44,024 nt of DNA. Origin: a virus. Lineage: Duplodnaviria; Caudoviricetes. Within the stretch, counting starts at the first letter, position 1. Every line of letters begins with the position of its first letter. The notes under the pieces were generated by a model. The model saw only the letters and a program-made list of their open reading frames with translations. It was not told the DNA's origin and did not search any database. The stretch lies in the IMG/VR virus record IMGVR_UViG_3300005805_000152, positions 1 through 44,024 of that record. The stretch is one strand, 5' to 3'. A program made the position numbers and the translations under genes. Below are positions 16,201-27,300 of this stretch, piece by piece.

Positions 16201-19200
16201 TAGTTGATTTAGATGAAGAAGTTAACAATTATGGGCAATTAACATACATCAATAGCAGATATAATCAAGAATATTCTATTATTTCTACGGGAACTACTAC
16301 TTTTGTAATATCACCAACTGTAGAACCTGAAAGATTAACATATCGTCAAGTCGATTGTGACTCTTTAGAGTACACTACAAAATCATTAACTGCCTCTGGT
16401 GGTGTTGCAAATATGAATCTACTCTTTGGTGGATCTGCGTATAAGTTTCTTCCAAAATTTGTAGATATTCAGTCTGATAATGGTAGGGATGTAGATATTG
16501 TTGCAGTTTCAACTTCTATTGGTAAATTAAATCAAGTAAGAATTCTTGATCAAGGTTTTGAATACTCTTCTGATAAGACTCTAAGACCAGAAGCATATAT
16601 CTCACCAATTATTAACATTGAAAAATCTAATTTTATACAATCAGTCGAAGTCACTGATGGTGGAAAAAATTATGCTTCCCCACCAGATCTAATTCTATTT
16701 GACCCATCAACAAATACAGTTGTCGACTCTGATTCTTTATCTTGTAGTATTTTTTCATCATCTATTGCTAAAGTTGATATAATCTCAGATATTAATGGAT
16801 TGAACTCTATTACCCATAGAGTTATATCTATTAACAACTCAAATGGAGTTGCTATTAGTTCAGTGACTTCTTCACCTTCAGGAATAGTAACTTGCACACT
16901 TTCAACTCCAGTTCTTTCTGGATTCATTACACCACCTTTTGCTGTAGGTGATGAGATTTTTGTTGAAGGTATTGCAAAACAAGGTACAGATGGCACAGGA
17001 TTTAATTCTTCAGACTACAATTATCAATTCTTTAAAGTTAGTTCTTATACTAATTCAAATCCAGCTAAACTCGAATTTGATCTATCAGACTTAACTATCA
17101 ATCCAGGTATTGCTAAGTCGGATCAAAGTGCATTTGCATTTATTGTAAATAAAAAGAATTATCCAACCTTTAATGCAATTCAAGATTTTGCAATATTTAA
17201 TATTGGTGAAAAAATTCTATCCGATACTGGTGTTGGGTTCTTTGAAAGAGATCTTTTAGTAATTGATTCTAAAAAAGAATATGTTAAAGTTTCTGGCAAT
17301 TATGTTCTTCAACCTGGGGAAAAAATCAAAGGTAAGTTCTCAGGTGTTAACGCAACAGTATCAAGTGTTGTTAATAACAGAGGTAGATTTGATATAGGAT
17401 TTGCAATTGAAAGAGATTTTGGATGGAATAATGATATAGGAAAACTGAATCAAGATTATCAGGTTGTACCAGATAATGATTATTATCAAAACCTCTCTTA
17501 TAGTGTGAAGAGTTCTATTGAATATCAGGAAATGATAAATCCTGTCAATAGCCTTCTTCATACAACTGGTTTAAAGAATTTTGCAGACACTCAAGTAAGT
17601 TCTGCAGCTTCTGTAACCTATGGTGCAGAAACAAAGGATTTAATTATTCTCGATGTTATTGAAGAAAAAAGAGTAGACACAATCAATAACTTTGATTTAG
17701 TTGTTGATGTTGATGTTGAGGGTAATAAATCAAAATACTTAAAAACTAAAAATAGAAAATTAGTTGATTATATTAAATGTATTAGCAATAATGTTCTGCT
17801 AGTGGACGATGTCAGTCAAGAATTTTCAAATAGAGATTCTATAATAGATTTGTACACCGATATTAAAAAATTAGATGATAGTTATTATCGATTCCTAGTA
17901 CAAATAGTCGATCCAGTTACTAATAATATTGAATTTACAGAATTGATTTTATTAGCAACTGACAAAGACGTATTTACTCTTCAAAAGGGAACAGTTTCCA
18001 CAACCAATAGTTCTTTTGGTGAATTAATAGGTAGTATTGATTCATTTGATACTAAATCATTAAGATTTACTCCAGAAGATCCCTTTAATATTGATTATAA
18101 TATCAAACTTTTAGAAAACTCATTTAATTCTAGTGTATCTGGATTAAATACTTCAAATATTGGATTTATTTCACTCACAGGATCAAATGTAAATGTTGGT
18201 GTAGGATCCACTGCAAGATTATATACCAAAGATATTGATACTATAGAGGCAATAAGTGCAAACATACAGATAATCAACAAAGTAACAAATAAAACATCAT
18301 ATGTTGAACTATTTGTTGAGCATGATGGACAAGATACTTATATAGCTGAGTATTATTTTGATAATATTGCTGGCATTACGACATCATTCATGGGTTCATT
18401 TACCCCATCAATCGAATCTAATAATCTTTGCTTGGATTATTACAATGAAGAGTCCAATGAATTGTTTATAAGATCTAAAATAGTTGGAATTGGAACTACT
18501 GGTGCTGGAACTGCAAATTACAGATATCTTGTTCCTGGTCAAATAGCAGGCAATGAAAGATCAGCATATTATAATTCAAATTATACCATTTCATCATCAC
18601 CAGAGACTATAATTACTTGTAATAATGACCATACTGGTTCAATTAAGTCTTTAGTAAGAGTATCATATGGAGAAACTAGTGCAATTCACCAATTGATAAC
18701 ATTAATCAATGGTGTTGATTCTTATATAAATCAATATCCTTATGTTTCTATTGCAGCAACTTCTGGAATAGGTACTTTCGGAGTAGAATATTCTGGAAGC
18801 AATGCGAATCTCAAATTCTATCCAGATAATGGAATATCTACACCAATAAAAGTTCAGAGCTATAATGAAGTTTTATATACTGAAAATGATAATTTTAATC
18901 TAGCACCAGAACTTCAATATGGACCAGTTTCTGAAATAATCACTCTATCAAGTTATGAAAGTGTAAATGGTACTAGGATCAATAAACTAGATTTTGGATT
19001 AACCTATGAGGGTACTCCAATTTTTGCAAAAACATTTAATCCATCAAGTACCTCAGTTTTAGATAAAGAAACTGGAATCTTTACAATAAAAAATCATTTC
19101 TTTAGAAATGGCGAAAGACTAATTTATACTCCAAAATCGACCTTTATTGGTATTGCAGCAACTAGTGTTGGTATAGGCGCAACACTAAACTCTGTAGGTG

Positions 19201-22200
19201 TTGTTACTAATATTTTACCTAGAGAATTATATGCGATTGAATTGGGTAATGATCAATTTAGAGTTGCAACAAGAAAAGATTATGCAAGTGCTGGAATATA
19301 TGTAACATTTACAAATTCTGGATCTGGAAATGCTCACCAGTTTGAAATGTATAAGAAAAATGAAAAATCTATAATTTCAATAAATGGTGTTGTACAAAAA
19401 CCAATTACATATACTCCAGTTTCCCATACACTTTTACATAATCCATCGGGCAATATTGGGGCATCATCAACTATATTTTCTTTAAGTGGAATTTCCAGCA
19501 TTCGCCCAACAGATCTGCTAAAAATTGATGAAGAATACATGGGAGTTATTGCTGTTGGATTTGGATCTACTGGAAATGGTCCAATAACTGGAATTGGTAC
19601 ATATCAACTCGTAACCGTATCTAGGGGTTTTGTTGGTAGTGGAATTGCTTCACATACAGATGGTACTGAAGTCAGAATTTATAGAGGATCTTATAACATT
19701 GTTGAAAATCAACTTTATTTTACAGAACCACCAAAAGGTAGAGGTGTTATAAAAATAGACAATACAAATATTGCATATCCAGCATCTGCTTTTGATGCTA
19801 GAGTTTATTTGAGAAATGATTATTCTGAAAATGTCATCTATGATGATATATCAGATCAATTTACTGGAATAGGACAATCTTTTAGATTGACTGTAGGTGG
19901 AGCAAATACTTCTGTTTTTGAGCAAGGAAGTGGAGTTCTTTTCATCAATGATGTTTTCCAAACACCATCAACTCTTAATAATTCTGGAAATAATTATGAG
20001 ATAACAGAATCTGTTGGTGTTACAAGTGTAACATTTACTGGAATTACATCGGTTAATGGATCTTTAATTAAATCTGATGTTGATATTAATCAAAATGCTC
20101 TACCAAGGGGTGGTATTATTGTTTCTTTAGGATCAACTCAAGGATTAGGATTTGCCCCTCTTGTAGGCGCTTCTGTCACTGCTGTGGTTAATCCAATAAC
20201 TGGTAGTATTGTTTCTGTTGGATTAGGTACGACTGATATTATTGGATCTGGTTACAATAATATTCCCACAATTCTAGTTTATGAAGAAGGTCACGCTGGT
20301 GTCGGATCTACAGCTACGATTACTGCTTCGGTTGGAGCTGGTGGTACACTATCTTTCACCGTAGGTTATGGTGGAACTGGATATAGTAATCCAAAAATTC
20401 AAATTCCAGATCCATCTTATGAAAATCTTCCAGTAATTGGAATTTCAAGAAGAGGCATTGGAAATACTACAGACACTGGAACAGGTTTATTGGTAACATT
20501 AAAAGTTGGACCAGCAGATCTAAGAGTTGTGTCGGGTAGAAATGCAGATGCTTCTAATCTAATTACTAGAAATAAAGTTCTTATTGCGGAAGTTGCTGTA
20601 GGTAGAATGTTGGATGCATTCCCAGGATTTAGTGTTCCTGGGGGAAATCAGAATTGTATCGATGATATTATTGATGTTCTGGAAGCAATATCATATAACA
20701 TTAAGTATGGTGGAAATGATCAAGTATATGATGCTGCCAAAATTTATATTGATAATGCATATTTGGCGGGAGAAGAGACCGAATCAATATATGCATTTGA
20801 ACAGGCTAGGGACATGGCAATCCAAGCTATGCGGAATGAAGCAATCACAATTAATAATTATTCGATAATCCCTCAATATTTTGATAATGAAGTTGAAGGT
20901 GATATTTCGGGATTACCAGGAGTTTATAACCCAGGAGATTGTGCAGATGTAGCTTCTGCAATTACTTCTTCTGTTGGTATTGTTACTAATGCAATTGGAT
21001 TATCAATTTTACCCGCAAATAGAACTGTTAGTGTTGCATCATCACTATTCCAAGTTTCATCATTTAATATTTCTAGACCTGGATATGCATTTAAGGTTGG
21101 TGATGTTTTTAAACCAGTTGGATTAGTAACAGCAAGACATCTTGCTACTCCTATTGAAGATTTCCAATTGACTGTTTTGGACACCTTTACGGATTCATTC
21201 TCTCTTTGGCAATTTGGTGAACTTGATTATATTGATTCTGTGAGAGAATTGCAAGATGGTGAAAGAGTTAGATTCCCACTATTCTATAATGGTGAACTAT
21301 TATCTTTTGAAAAAGATCCATTAGATGCAAAATCTACACTCATAGATCTTGACAGTGTTTTAATTATATTTGTGAACGGTGTACTGCAAACTCCAAAGGA
21401 AGCATACACTTTTGAGGGTGGAACTTCATTCACCTTTACAGATCCACCTAGAGAAGAAGATAATGTTTCAATATTCTTCTATAGGGGTACTAGGGGTGTT
21501 GATAGCAAAGAAGAAGAGATTCTCGAAACAATTAAGATTGGTGATGATGTCCAGGTTCTCAGAAATAATCTAAATCTAGCAAATACAGTTGATCAAGAAA
21601 TTAGACGTATTGATGATATTGTTGGATCTGATAAAGTTGAGACCAACATTTACAGTGGTGCTGGTATAGATGCAAATAACTTTAAACCATTAAGTTGGAC
21701 CAAACAAAAAGTAGATAAAATTATTAAAGGAGATCCAGTTTATAAAGTTAGAGATTCTATTGAACCTCTAATCTACCCCACAGCAAGAGTTATTAAGACG
21801 ATTAATAGTGGAGATTCTGATATTTTTGTTGATGATGCTAAATTCTTTGAATATGAGCAGGGTGCTTTGTCAGTAACAATACCAGAATTTTCTGGACTTC
21901 TTATACAAGGAACAAATGTTGTTGCTGCTGGTGTAAGTGCTATTGTTTCTGCTGCTGGGACGATATCTGGATTTACCATAAATGAGCAAGGAAATGGTTA
22001 CACTGGCGCTAGTGTAACCATCAAGATTGCTCCACCACCAAACATTGGAGTTGGTATAGGTACAACCGCAACAGCAACAATATCAGTTTCTGGTGGTAAA
22101 ATTTCAGCACCTATTTCAATAACTAATGCTGGATTTGGATATACTACATCAAATCCACCTCAGTGCATAATAGAAGATCCAGATTTTAAATATGAATTAA

Positions 22201-22718
22201 TTACTGAAATAAATGCTGTTGAAGGATTTTCTGGAATTGTAACTGGTATTGGAACAACAACAGGTGTCGGTGGGCATGGATTAGCACTCAAGTTTTTTGC
22301 AAGATCAGACTTTTTCACTGGATTATCTGTTGGATATCCAATTTATATTTTTGATACTTCTGTTGGGCACGGAGTAACATCAGTTATTAATAGTAATTCT
22401 GATGTTATAGGAATTGGTACGACTGCTTTGAATAATATTTACTATGTTGGAAGTATAAGTGCTGCTGGTCAGAACGCAGAAATTGTTTGCAATGTTCATA
22501 CAAACTTAAGACGCACGGGAATAACAACTTCGGGATCAATTGAGACTCCAGTTGGAAGATTTTCTTGGGGAAGGTTCTCACTATTTGAAAGATCTACAAT
22601 AAATCCAATTGCTATTGGAGTTAGTGGATTGACCATTGATGCTGGATTAAGTACATTCCCAATCTTCCAGAGAAGGGGATATGGTCTAAGAGATACTGGT
22701 GCATTGAGAAAGATCTAA
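10299..22718 (+). CDS. giant (4139 aa) baseplate wedge initiator gp7-like virion protein
   Basis: Between gp6 and gp8; QLPEFI..ESP.F..FLKQYY, FY.SKGTEESF.ILF N-terminus; DNDYYQN.SYSVKS...LLHTTG; YHYH-like domain; repeated HxFxxGD beta domains. Confidence 0.85.
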   Translation: MIETGLGFDARVKVQQIIENQLPEFILDESPKFSEFLKQYYISQEFQGGPSDLAENLDQYIKLDNLTPEVIRGSTSLTYDISSTVGVITVTSTKGFPSEYGLIKIDDEVITYTGVTTNTFTGCLRGFSGITSYRHPGDPTELVFSDTVASSHSNSSSVENLSSLFLKEFYKKLKFTLTPGLEDVDFVSNLDVSNFIKQAKSFYQSKGTEESFRILFNILYGEDPKVIDLEDYLIKPSSADFSRRKIIIVERISGDPLNLVGQTIKRTNNTKTQASVSEAEILTRRNRTYYKLSLFVGFNDAEDISEGQFVISGKSKVLENTPIGSSIISVDSTIGFNEAGSLICGNNIINYTSKSVNQFFGCSGIVSPINATDDIRSNETIFGYENGDLTKLVEMRITGVLSEFVPINDILVANEQEVIRVKNLGEIIQNPLANKTYTETFANTWIYNTSSRYQVSNISGSTFTLLSTIDRSSLKLGDNVEVLVRGGQNVVSSNAIVANINNSNNQIILNNLGGFTPSPGFSYDIRRKIRKATSSGAQLEYGNDLILNDIQNVYTENDEYAYVAANSIPGYNLTKDIVKSSISSASPPRLQDYNVLTERYSIISFSSNVEFITGDAVIYEFETSPMPGLSSEEIYYVEVLNQPNQIRLYSTRAFIGGDNYVTFGGVSSAGSHTFILEEHRKKIIGAQKLLRKFPLEQNFDINVGEETISGPVGMLINGVEIINSKTNNKIFYGPIESSVILNSGTGYDVINPPDISVSIPTAGIAASIVPVVSGSVNFVYVDPQDFDIDDVVSVTVTGGNGNGCILQPVISKRNREVEFDGRRSLFGGGVDITNETITFLSVHNFQNGEEIVYNPNGNPNLGIGTFGPPDIFLNKATGLTLITGASYYAKVINPKTIQVYPTFNDYFVGLNTVGFTTENSGGIHKFRTLSKKTLKGVKVINPGSGYENRRLFVKPVGISTIENTITFKNHNFKEGDLVKYYSTGTAISGLTTTNQYYIIKIDSDNFKLSDAGSDIIPSRLNFERKKVVSLGSSTGSGYHVFKYPDIQTFVNVSYGSTLVGIITATPRITGSIIDTYLIESGTGYGSSILNLEKKPTIVIKNGIGAEVNPIVRDGKIIKVDVLTGGSEYVSAPDLVINGPGSGAILRPVISNQRLEKVIVINSGIGYDEDLTTITVKSAGSGFLLDTRIRSLTLNNAYRFGSEILLDSEQNNLQYGMVGYSTALGSLYFGDSGLEHSPIIGWSYDGCPIYGPWGYSDPEDNNSPVRTLLPGYVLDTTNVYNRPVSFPSGFFVEDYKFNDSGDLDVHNGRFCKTPDFQNGVYAYFVGVSTDLTTNTLKSAFPYFIGDTYRNNLITENLLLNQSFDFNNSSLVRNTFPYKVNDLYADNDFLIESNEIINQLSVIESTRKGSVDSLNILESGEGYKIGDLAVFDNTETNGGGITASVSEITGKEVERIDTTVLEYANSAFVWKDSNTVIAKVNDYHDISTNNNIVVSGLSTSISKLFGIHNVGVTSTTSLLFKSMPSNVVVGFVTDIFVSSIPSNVSAGSSIQIENEILQVLNIYRDNSILRVKRSDVGAAHTLSTLVSYLPNEISIPLKVNYFDSKFNNKIYFNPRESVGVGTTTGYSNTISFTVGEIPRQISVPTQNIYIPNHPFKTGDSVTLTKKTTTFPLIVGMSPSGSTFNLPFTTNTEEIYVINKGKDYIGLATVNTGISSSSGLYFFNNGSDNYEYLLENNYNQVTGTIQKITTLVSLSTSHGMLKDDVVKLDVKSNLSVGIGTSTSVRLVYDSGYNKLLANPVGFDSSNINVSNNVININNHGLKTGDKVFYNSSDLIASGLNTGGYFVYKLDDNNIQLGETSIDVSSSYPNIVNIIGVGGSSHQLSVINPEISIVRNNNLVFDLSDTSLFGYKLKVFYDQEFTNEFISIRTQDTFNVTSEGTIGIGSTATLTLNYSDDLPSKLYYNIELNGNLVDLDEEVNNYGQLTYINSRYNQEYSIISTGTTTFVISPTVEPERLTYRQVDCDSLEYTTKSLTASGGVANMNLLFGGSAYKFLPKFVDIQSDNGRDVDIVAVSTSIGKLNQVRILDQGFEYSSDKTLRPEAYISPIINIEKSNFIQSVEVTDGGKNYASPPDLILFDPSTNTVVDSDSLSCSIFSSSIAKVDIISDINGLNSITHRVISINNSNGVAISSVTSSPSGIVTCTLSTPVLSGFITPPFAVGDEIFVEGIAKQGTDGTGFNSSDYNYQFFKVSSYTNSNPAKLEFDLSDLTINPGIAKSDQSAFAFIVNKKNYPTFNAIQDFAIFNIGEKILSDTGVGFFERDLLVIDSKKEYVKVSGNYVLQPGEKIKGKFSGVNATVSSVVNNRGRFDIGFAIERDFGWNNDIGKLNQDYQVVPDNDYYQNLSYSVKSSIEYQEMINPVNSLLHTTGLKNFADTQVSSAASVTYGAETKDLIILDVIEEKRVDTINNFDLVVDVDVEGNKSKYLKTKNRKLVDYIKCISNNVLLVDDVSQEFSNRDSIIDLYTDIKKLDDSYYRFLVQIVDPVTNNIEFTELILLATDKDVFTLQKGTVSTTNSSFGELIGSIDSFDTKSLRFTPEDPFNIDYNIKLLENSFNSSVSGLNTSNIGFISLTGSNVNVGVGSTARLYTKDIDTIEAISANIQIINKVTNKTSYVELFVEHDGQDTYIAEYYFDNIAGITTSFMGSFTPSIESNNLCLDYYNEESNELFIRSKIVGIGTTGAGTANYRYLVPGQIAGNERSAYYNSNYTISSSPETIITCNNDHTGSIKSLVRVSYGETSAIHQLITLINGVDSYINQYPYVSIAATSGIGTFGVEYSGSNANLKFYPDNGISTPIKVQSYNEVLYTENDNFNLAPELQYGPVSEIITLSSYESVNGTRINKLDFGLTYEGTPIFAKTFNPSSTSVLDKETGIFTIKNHFFRNGERLIYTPKSTFIGIAATSVGIGATLNSVGVVTNILPRELYAIELGNDQFRVATRKDYASAGIYVTFTNSGSGNAHQFEMYKKNEKSIISINGVVQKPITYTPVSHTLLHNPSGNIGASSTIFSLSGISSIRPTDLLKIDEEYMGVIAVGFGSTGNGPITGIGTYQLVTVSRGFVGSGIASHTDGTEVRIYRGSYNIVENQLYFTEPPKGRGVIKIDNTNIAYPASAFDARVYLRNDYSENVIYDDISDQFTGIGQSFRLTVGGANTSVFEQGSGVLFINDVFQTPSTLNNSGNNYEITESVGVTSVTFTGITSVNGSLIKSDVDINQNALPRGGIIVSLGSTQGLGFAPLVGASVTAVVNPITGSIVSVGLGTTDIIGSGYNNIPTILVYEEGHAGVGSTATITASVGAGGTLSFTVGYGGTGYSNPKIQIPDPSYENLPVIGISRRGIGNTTDTGTGLLVTLKVGPADLRVVSGRNADASNLITRNKVLIAEVAVGRMLDAFPGFSVPGGNQNCIDDIIDVLEAISYNIKYGGNDQVYDAAKIYIDNAYLAGEETESIYAFEQARDMAIQAMRNEAITINNYSIIPQYFDNEVEGDISGLPGVYNPGDCADVASAITSSVGIVTNAIGLSILPANRTVSVASSLFQVSSFNISRPGYAFKVGDVFKPVGLVTARHLATPIEDFQLTVLDTFTDSFSLWQFGELDYIDSVRELQDGERVRFPLFYNGELLSFEKDPLDAKSTLIDLDSVLIIFVNGVLQTPKEAYTFEGGTSFTFTDPPREEDNVSIFFYRGTRGVDSKEEEILETIKIGDDVQVLRNNLNLANTVDQEIRRIDDIVGSDKVETNIYSGAGIDANNFKPLSWTKQKVDKIIKGDPVYKVRDSIEPLIYPTARVIKTINSGDSDIFVDDAKFFEYEQGALSVTIPEFSGLLIQGTNVVAAGVSAIVSAAGTISGFTINEQGNGYTGASVTIKIAPPPNIGVGIGTTATATISVSGGKISAPISITNAGFGYTTSNPPQCIIEDPDFKYELITEINAVEGFSGIVTGIGTTTGVGGHGLALKFFARSDFFTGLSVGYPIYIFDTSVGHGVTSVINSNSDVIGIGTTALNNIYYVGSISAAGQNAEIVCNVHTNLRRTGITTSGSIETPVGRFSWGRFSLFERSTINPIAIGVSGLTIDAGLSTFPIFQRRGYGLRDTGALRKI

Positions 22719-22728
22719 CGAATTAAAG

Positions 22729-22736
22729 TATAAATA
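22729..22736 (+). promoter_or_regulatory. T4-type late promoter
   Basis: TATAAATA before gp8. Confidence 0.85.
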
Positions 22737-22754
22737 TAGAAAAAAGCTAATAAT

Positions 22755-24323
22755 ATGCCTGCACTTGTTACGGATCAGTTTAGAATTCTGAATACGAAAA
22801 ATTTTATAGATTCCGTAGAGAATTCTAACAATTCATATTATGTTTTTGTTGGATTGGTTAACCCCGATCCATCTACTATTGGATTTGGTAGAACTGACAG
22901 TTGGAATGAAAATACCCCCAATCCTATTGATAATTTTAATTATCAAAATCATGTTTATGATACAATGCTTTTTGGGAAAAGAGTTTCTTCTACTGGGATT
23001 AAAAGACTTGTAAGAAGAATTGATTGGGTTAGAGGAACTAGATATGAAATGTATCGTCATGATTATGGATTAGAAAATCCAGCCCCAATTACTCAAGCTT
23101 CAAGATTATATGATGCAAATTACTATGTCATAAACTCAGATTTTAAAGTTTACATTTGTATTGATAATGGATCATCTGGATCTAATAGAACTGGCAATGC
23201 ATCACAAGATGAGCCGACATTTACAGATTTAGAACCATCTAAAGCGGGAGAAAGTGGAGATGGATATATTTGGAAATATTTGTTTACGGTTTCTCCAAGT
23301 GATATTATTAAATTTGACTCCACTGAATACATAACTCTTCCTGATGATTGGGATACCTCAACTTCCCCACAAATTCAATCAGTTAGAGAAAATGGTGATT
23401 CTTCTATAAACCTTAACCAGATTAAAAAAGTTTATATCGATGATGGGGGATCAAACTACTCCAATGGTTTAGGGCAAGAAGTTTCTATTTTGGGTGATGG
23501 GACTGGTGCAAAAGTTTTATTAGATATTGTTGGTGGAAAAATTGTAAGTGCAGTAATGTCATCTGGTGGTAGTGGTTATAGTTATGGAATTGTAGATCTA
23601 GGAGCATTAAATACAAATGCCACTTCTGGATTTGCAAAACTAATTCCAATCATCCCACCATCAAAAGGTCATGGATATGACATTTACAGAGAATTGGGTG
23701 CAGATAAAGTTCTGGTTTATGCTCGTTTTGATGATTCCACTAAAGATTTTCCAATAGATACAAAATTTGCACAAGTTGGTATCGTAAAAAATCCTACATC
23801 TTTTGGTACGGAAAATATATTTGGTGAAAGTCAATTTTCTTCATTAAGTGCTATTAAATTCTCCAATATAACGGGAACACCAGTCGTTGGAGAAAAGATA
23901 GTTCAAGTTTCTAATCCAACGACTGGAGAAAAATCTTTTGGATATGTTGCATCATATGATACAGATACTAAGGTTTTAAAATATTTCAGAGATAGATCTC
24001 TATACTTTAATCAAACATCATATGATCAGAAAGATTATATTGGAATTAGCACTAGTTCAAAAGTTTTAGATTTTGAATCTTCAGCAAATCCAATCACTGG
24101 TCAAACTTCTGGTTTTAGTGGATCTATTGATACTGGATTTAGTGGAATAAGTACAAATCCAACTGGCAATAAAGTTATTAATCTTGGAGCAGTTTTTACA
24201 AATGGTATGGCATCTCCTGAGATAAATAAAGGATCGGGAGATATTATTTACATGGACAATAGGCCCTTGATTACTAGAAACTCTCGCCAAAAAGAAGACG
24301 TTAAAATTATCCTGGAATTCTAA
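22755..24323 (+). CDS. gp8: baseplate wedge subunit gp8
   Basis: TDQFRI.N, RRIDW..G..Y.MY, VYICIDN, DGYIWKYLF, SGDIIY.DNR..ITR...QKED.KIILEF. Confidence 0.93.
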   Translation: MPALVTDQFRILNTKNFIDSVENSNNSYYVFVGLVNPDPSTIGFGRTDSWNENTPNPIDNFNYQNHVYDTMLFGKRVSSTGIKRLVRRIDWVRGTRYEMYRHDYGLENPAPITQASRLYDANYYVINSDFKVYICIDNGSSGSNRTGNASQDEPTFTDLEPSKAGESGDGYIWKYLFTVSPSDIIKFDSTEYITLPDDWDTSTSPQIQSVRENGDSSINLNQIKKVYIDDGGSNYSNGLGQEVSILGDGTGAKVLLDIVGGKIVSAVMSSGGSGYSYGIVDLGALNTNATSGFAKLIPIIPPSKGHGYDIYRELGADKVLVYARFDDSTKDFPIDTKFAQVGIVKNPTSFGTENIFGESQFSSLSAIKFSNITGTPVVGEKIVQVSNPTTGEKSFGYVASYDTDTKVLKYFRDRSLYFNQTSYDQKDYIGISTSSKVLDFESSANPITGQTSGFSGSIDTGFSGISTNPTGNKVINLGAVFTNGMASPEINKGSGDIIYMDNRPLITRNSRQKEDVKIILEF

Positions 24324-24326
24324 AAA

Positions 24327-27300
24327 ATGCCACAGAAAACTAATCTTAATATAAGTCCATATTTTGATGATTTTAACCCAGATAAGAATTTTTACAGGGT
24401 TCTCTTTAAGCCTGGATTTCCAGTACAGGCTAGAGAATTAACAACATTACAATCAATACTACAAAATCAAATTGAGTCTTTTGGTAGTCATATATTTAAA
24501 GAAGGGTCAATGGTAATTCCTGGTGGAATTACTTATGATGATGGTTATTATTCTGTAAAGATTAATCCAGACCATTTGGGTATTGATGTTACTGTTTACC
24601 TTAATGAGTTGATTGGTAAAAGAGTTCAGGGGCAAAGTTCTGGTATTGTCGGTACTGTAAAAAATTACAGTTTACCACCAAATGATGGAGTTGAAGATAT
24701 TACAATCTATGTAAAATATTTGTCTTCAGGCGAAGATCTTGTTTTTAAACAATTTGATGATGGTGAAACTCTCATCACATTAGATAATGTAACTTATGGC
24801 AATACAACAATCAATTCTGGAGATACTGTTGCTGATCTTTTAGAAATAGGTGCAACCGCTGTTGGATCTGCAGTTGGATTGGATAAGGGAGTATATTTTA
24901 TTAGAGGTACTTTCGTTGATGTTAGTTCTTCTGTTATTGTCTTAGATCCATATTCCAATAATCCATCATATAGAGTTGGATTAACGATAATCGAAGACAT
25001 AGTTACAGATAATGATGATTCATCTTTAACTGATAATGCAAAAGGATTTTCTAATTATGCAGCACCTGGTGCAGATAGACTTAAGATCTCCACATTTCTA
25101 TCCAAAAAATTATTAGACGATTTTGATGATAAAAACTTTGTTGAACTTCTCAGAGTTCAAAATGGTGAGATTAAAAAACTTCAGGATAAGTCTGTATATT
25201 CAATAATTAAAGATTACTTTGCAAAAAGAACTTTTGATGAATCTGGAGATTATTCAGTAAGTACATTTGACCTAGACATATTAAATTCCCTCAATGATGG
25301 ACTTGCAAATGAGGGAATTTACCTAAAAACAGAAAAAACAGAGCAAGGAAATACACCATCTGATGATCTGATGTGTGTAAAAGTTTCTTCAGGAAAAGCT
25401 TACGTTAGGGGATATGATGTAGATCTTCCTGGTTCAACTATTATCGATGTAGAAAAACCAAGAGACACTAAAACAATTTCAAATGCGCTTATCCCATTTG
25501 AAATGGGTAATCTCCTAAGAGTCAATAATGTTTATGGAGCACCTTTTACAGATATTACTAGCAATGGTAGCGTAATAAACCTCTACAATCAAAGAAGAAA
25601 TTCTAATACATCTGGTACAGGAACTCTGATAGGGAAAGCAAGAGTATATTCATTTAGTGTAACCGATGCTGCATATACAAATGCATCTACAGAATGGGAT
25701 CTATATCTATTCGACGTACAAACATATACATCATTAACAATAAATGAATCTGTTAGTGGCACACAATGCCCAGCCACTTCATTTGTAAGAGGACTGAGTA
25801 GTAATGCTACTGGATATGTTGTTAGTGGTGCTGGAAGCAATGAACTACTATTAAGTCAAACCTCAGGAACTTTTATTGAAGGTGAACCAATTACCATCAA
25901 TGAAACTAATTTAATATCTAGATCAGTTGTTAGAATAAAAGCATATAATATTGAAGATGTTAAATCAGTTTATCAAGACTGTACAAGTATAACTTCCGCT
26001 TTGAAGTCGGATTTTGTTGCGGATACAGTTTTATATAAAACTATCGCACCAAGATTTGCTGCAACTGATGTAATAACTATTAATAATACTGGTATTACAA
26101 CGTGCCCAGGTAAAAACTTTTTAGGAATTAGAAGTGATACTATAGTTAGATATCAGATTCCTGGTACTGATGTAGAAACGTTTAATAGAGTTATTTCTGT
26201 TGCATCAGATGGATTGTCAATGCAACTTGGATCAGTTCCAACAGTTTCAAATATTGCATCTGGATCTCTACCAACAGATCCAGTAAACGTTCCGTTTACA
26301 ATTGGATATCCAGACATAAGAAATCAAGATAATATTGGGTTATATACACCATTAAATGCTAAGGACATTTCAAACGTTAGCTTATCTAATTCAGATTTAA
26401 TTGTCCAAACTCAAATTACCGAACTTAGCACTAATGCCGTAGGCACTTTAAGTGTCAATGTATCTTCAACAGGAATTAGTAGTGCATTTTTTGAGGCATA
26501 TGATGCAGAAAGATATTCTGTTCACTATGCAAATGGTTCTATTGAGCAATTATCTTCAGATCAATTCTCACTAAATGGGGATGGAACACAATTAACATTA
26601 TCTGGTCTAACTGTTAATCAGTCTAATAATGTTACTCTAAATGCAACTGTTAGAAAAATAGAGGTTAAGAGTAAAATAAAGAATTTTATCAGAAGTGAAA
26701 AACTAATAGTTGATAAGAGTTCTATTGGAATTTCTACTGGTCTAACAACAAGTAGTTATTATGGGTTGAGAGTAGAAGACAATGAAATTTCTTTAAATTA
26801 TCCAGATGTAGTTAATGTTGTTGCAATTTATGAATCATTAGATACTAACACACCAATACCAGATAAATTAACATTCGTTTCTGGATTAGGATTAGATATT
26901 AATACAATTCTTGGTGAAAAGATTGTTGGAAGTAATTCTGGAGCTATCGGCCAATTAGTAACAAGATCCTCTTCAACTGAAGTTGAATTTGTATATCTGA
27001 ATTCCAGAAAGTTTCAAGCTGGTGAAAATGTTACATTTGAAGAATCTCAAATTACCTCCAGCATTCAATTAATTACGAAAGGAAGTTATCTTGATATAAC
27101 AAATAGATTTATTCTAGATAAGGGGCAGAAAGAACAATATTATGATTATTCAAAAATAGTCAGGATTCAGGGAGCTGCAACTCCATCTAAGAAGATTCTT
27201 GTTATTTTCAATAGATATGATATTAATATTAATGATGACGGTGATATAATCACCGTCAATTCCTACAGTGGTGAAAGATTCTTATCAGATATTCCAACAA

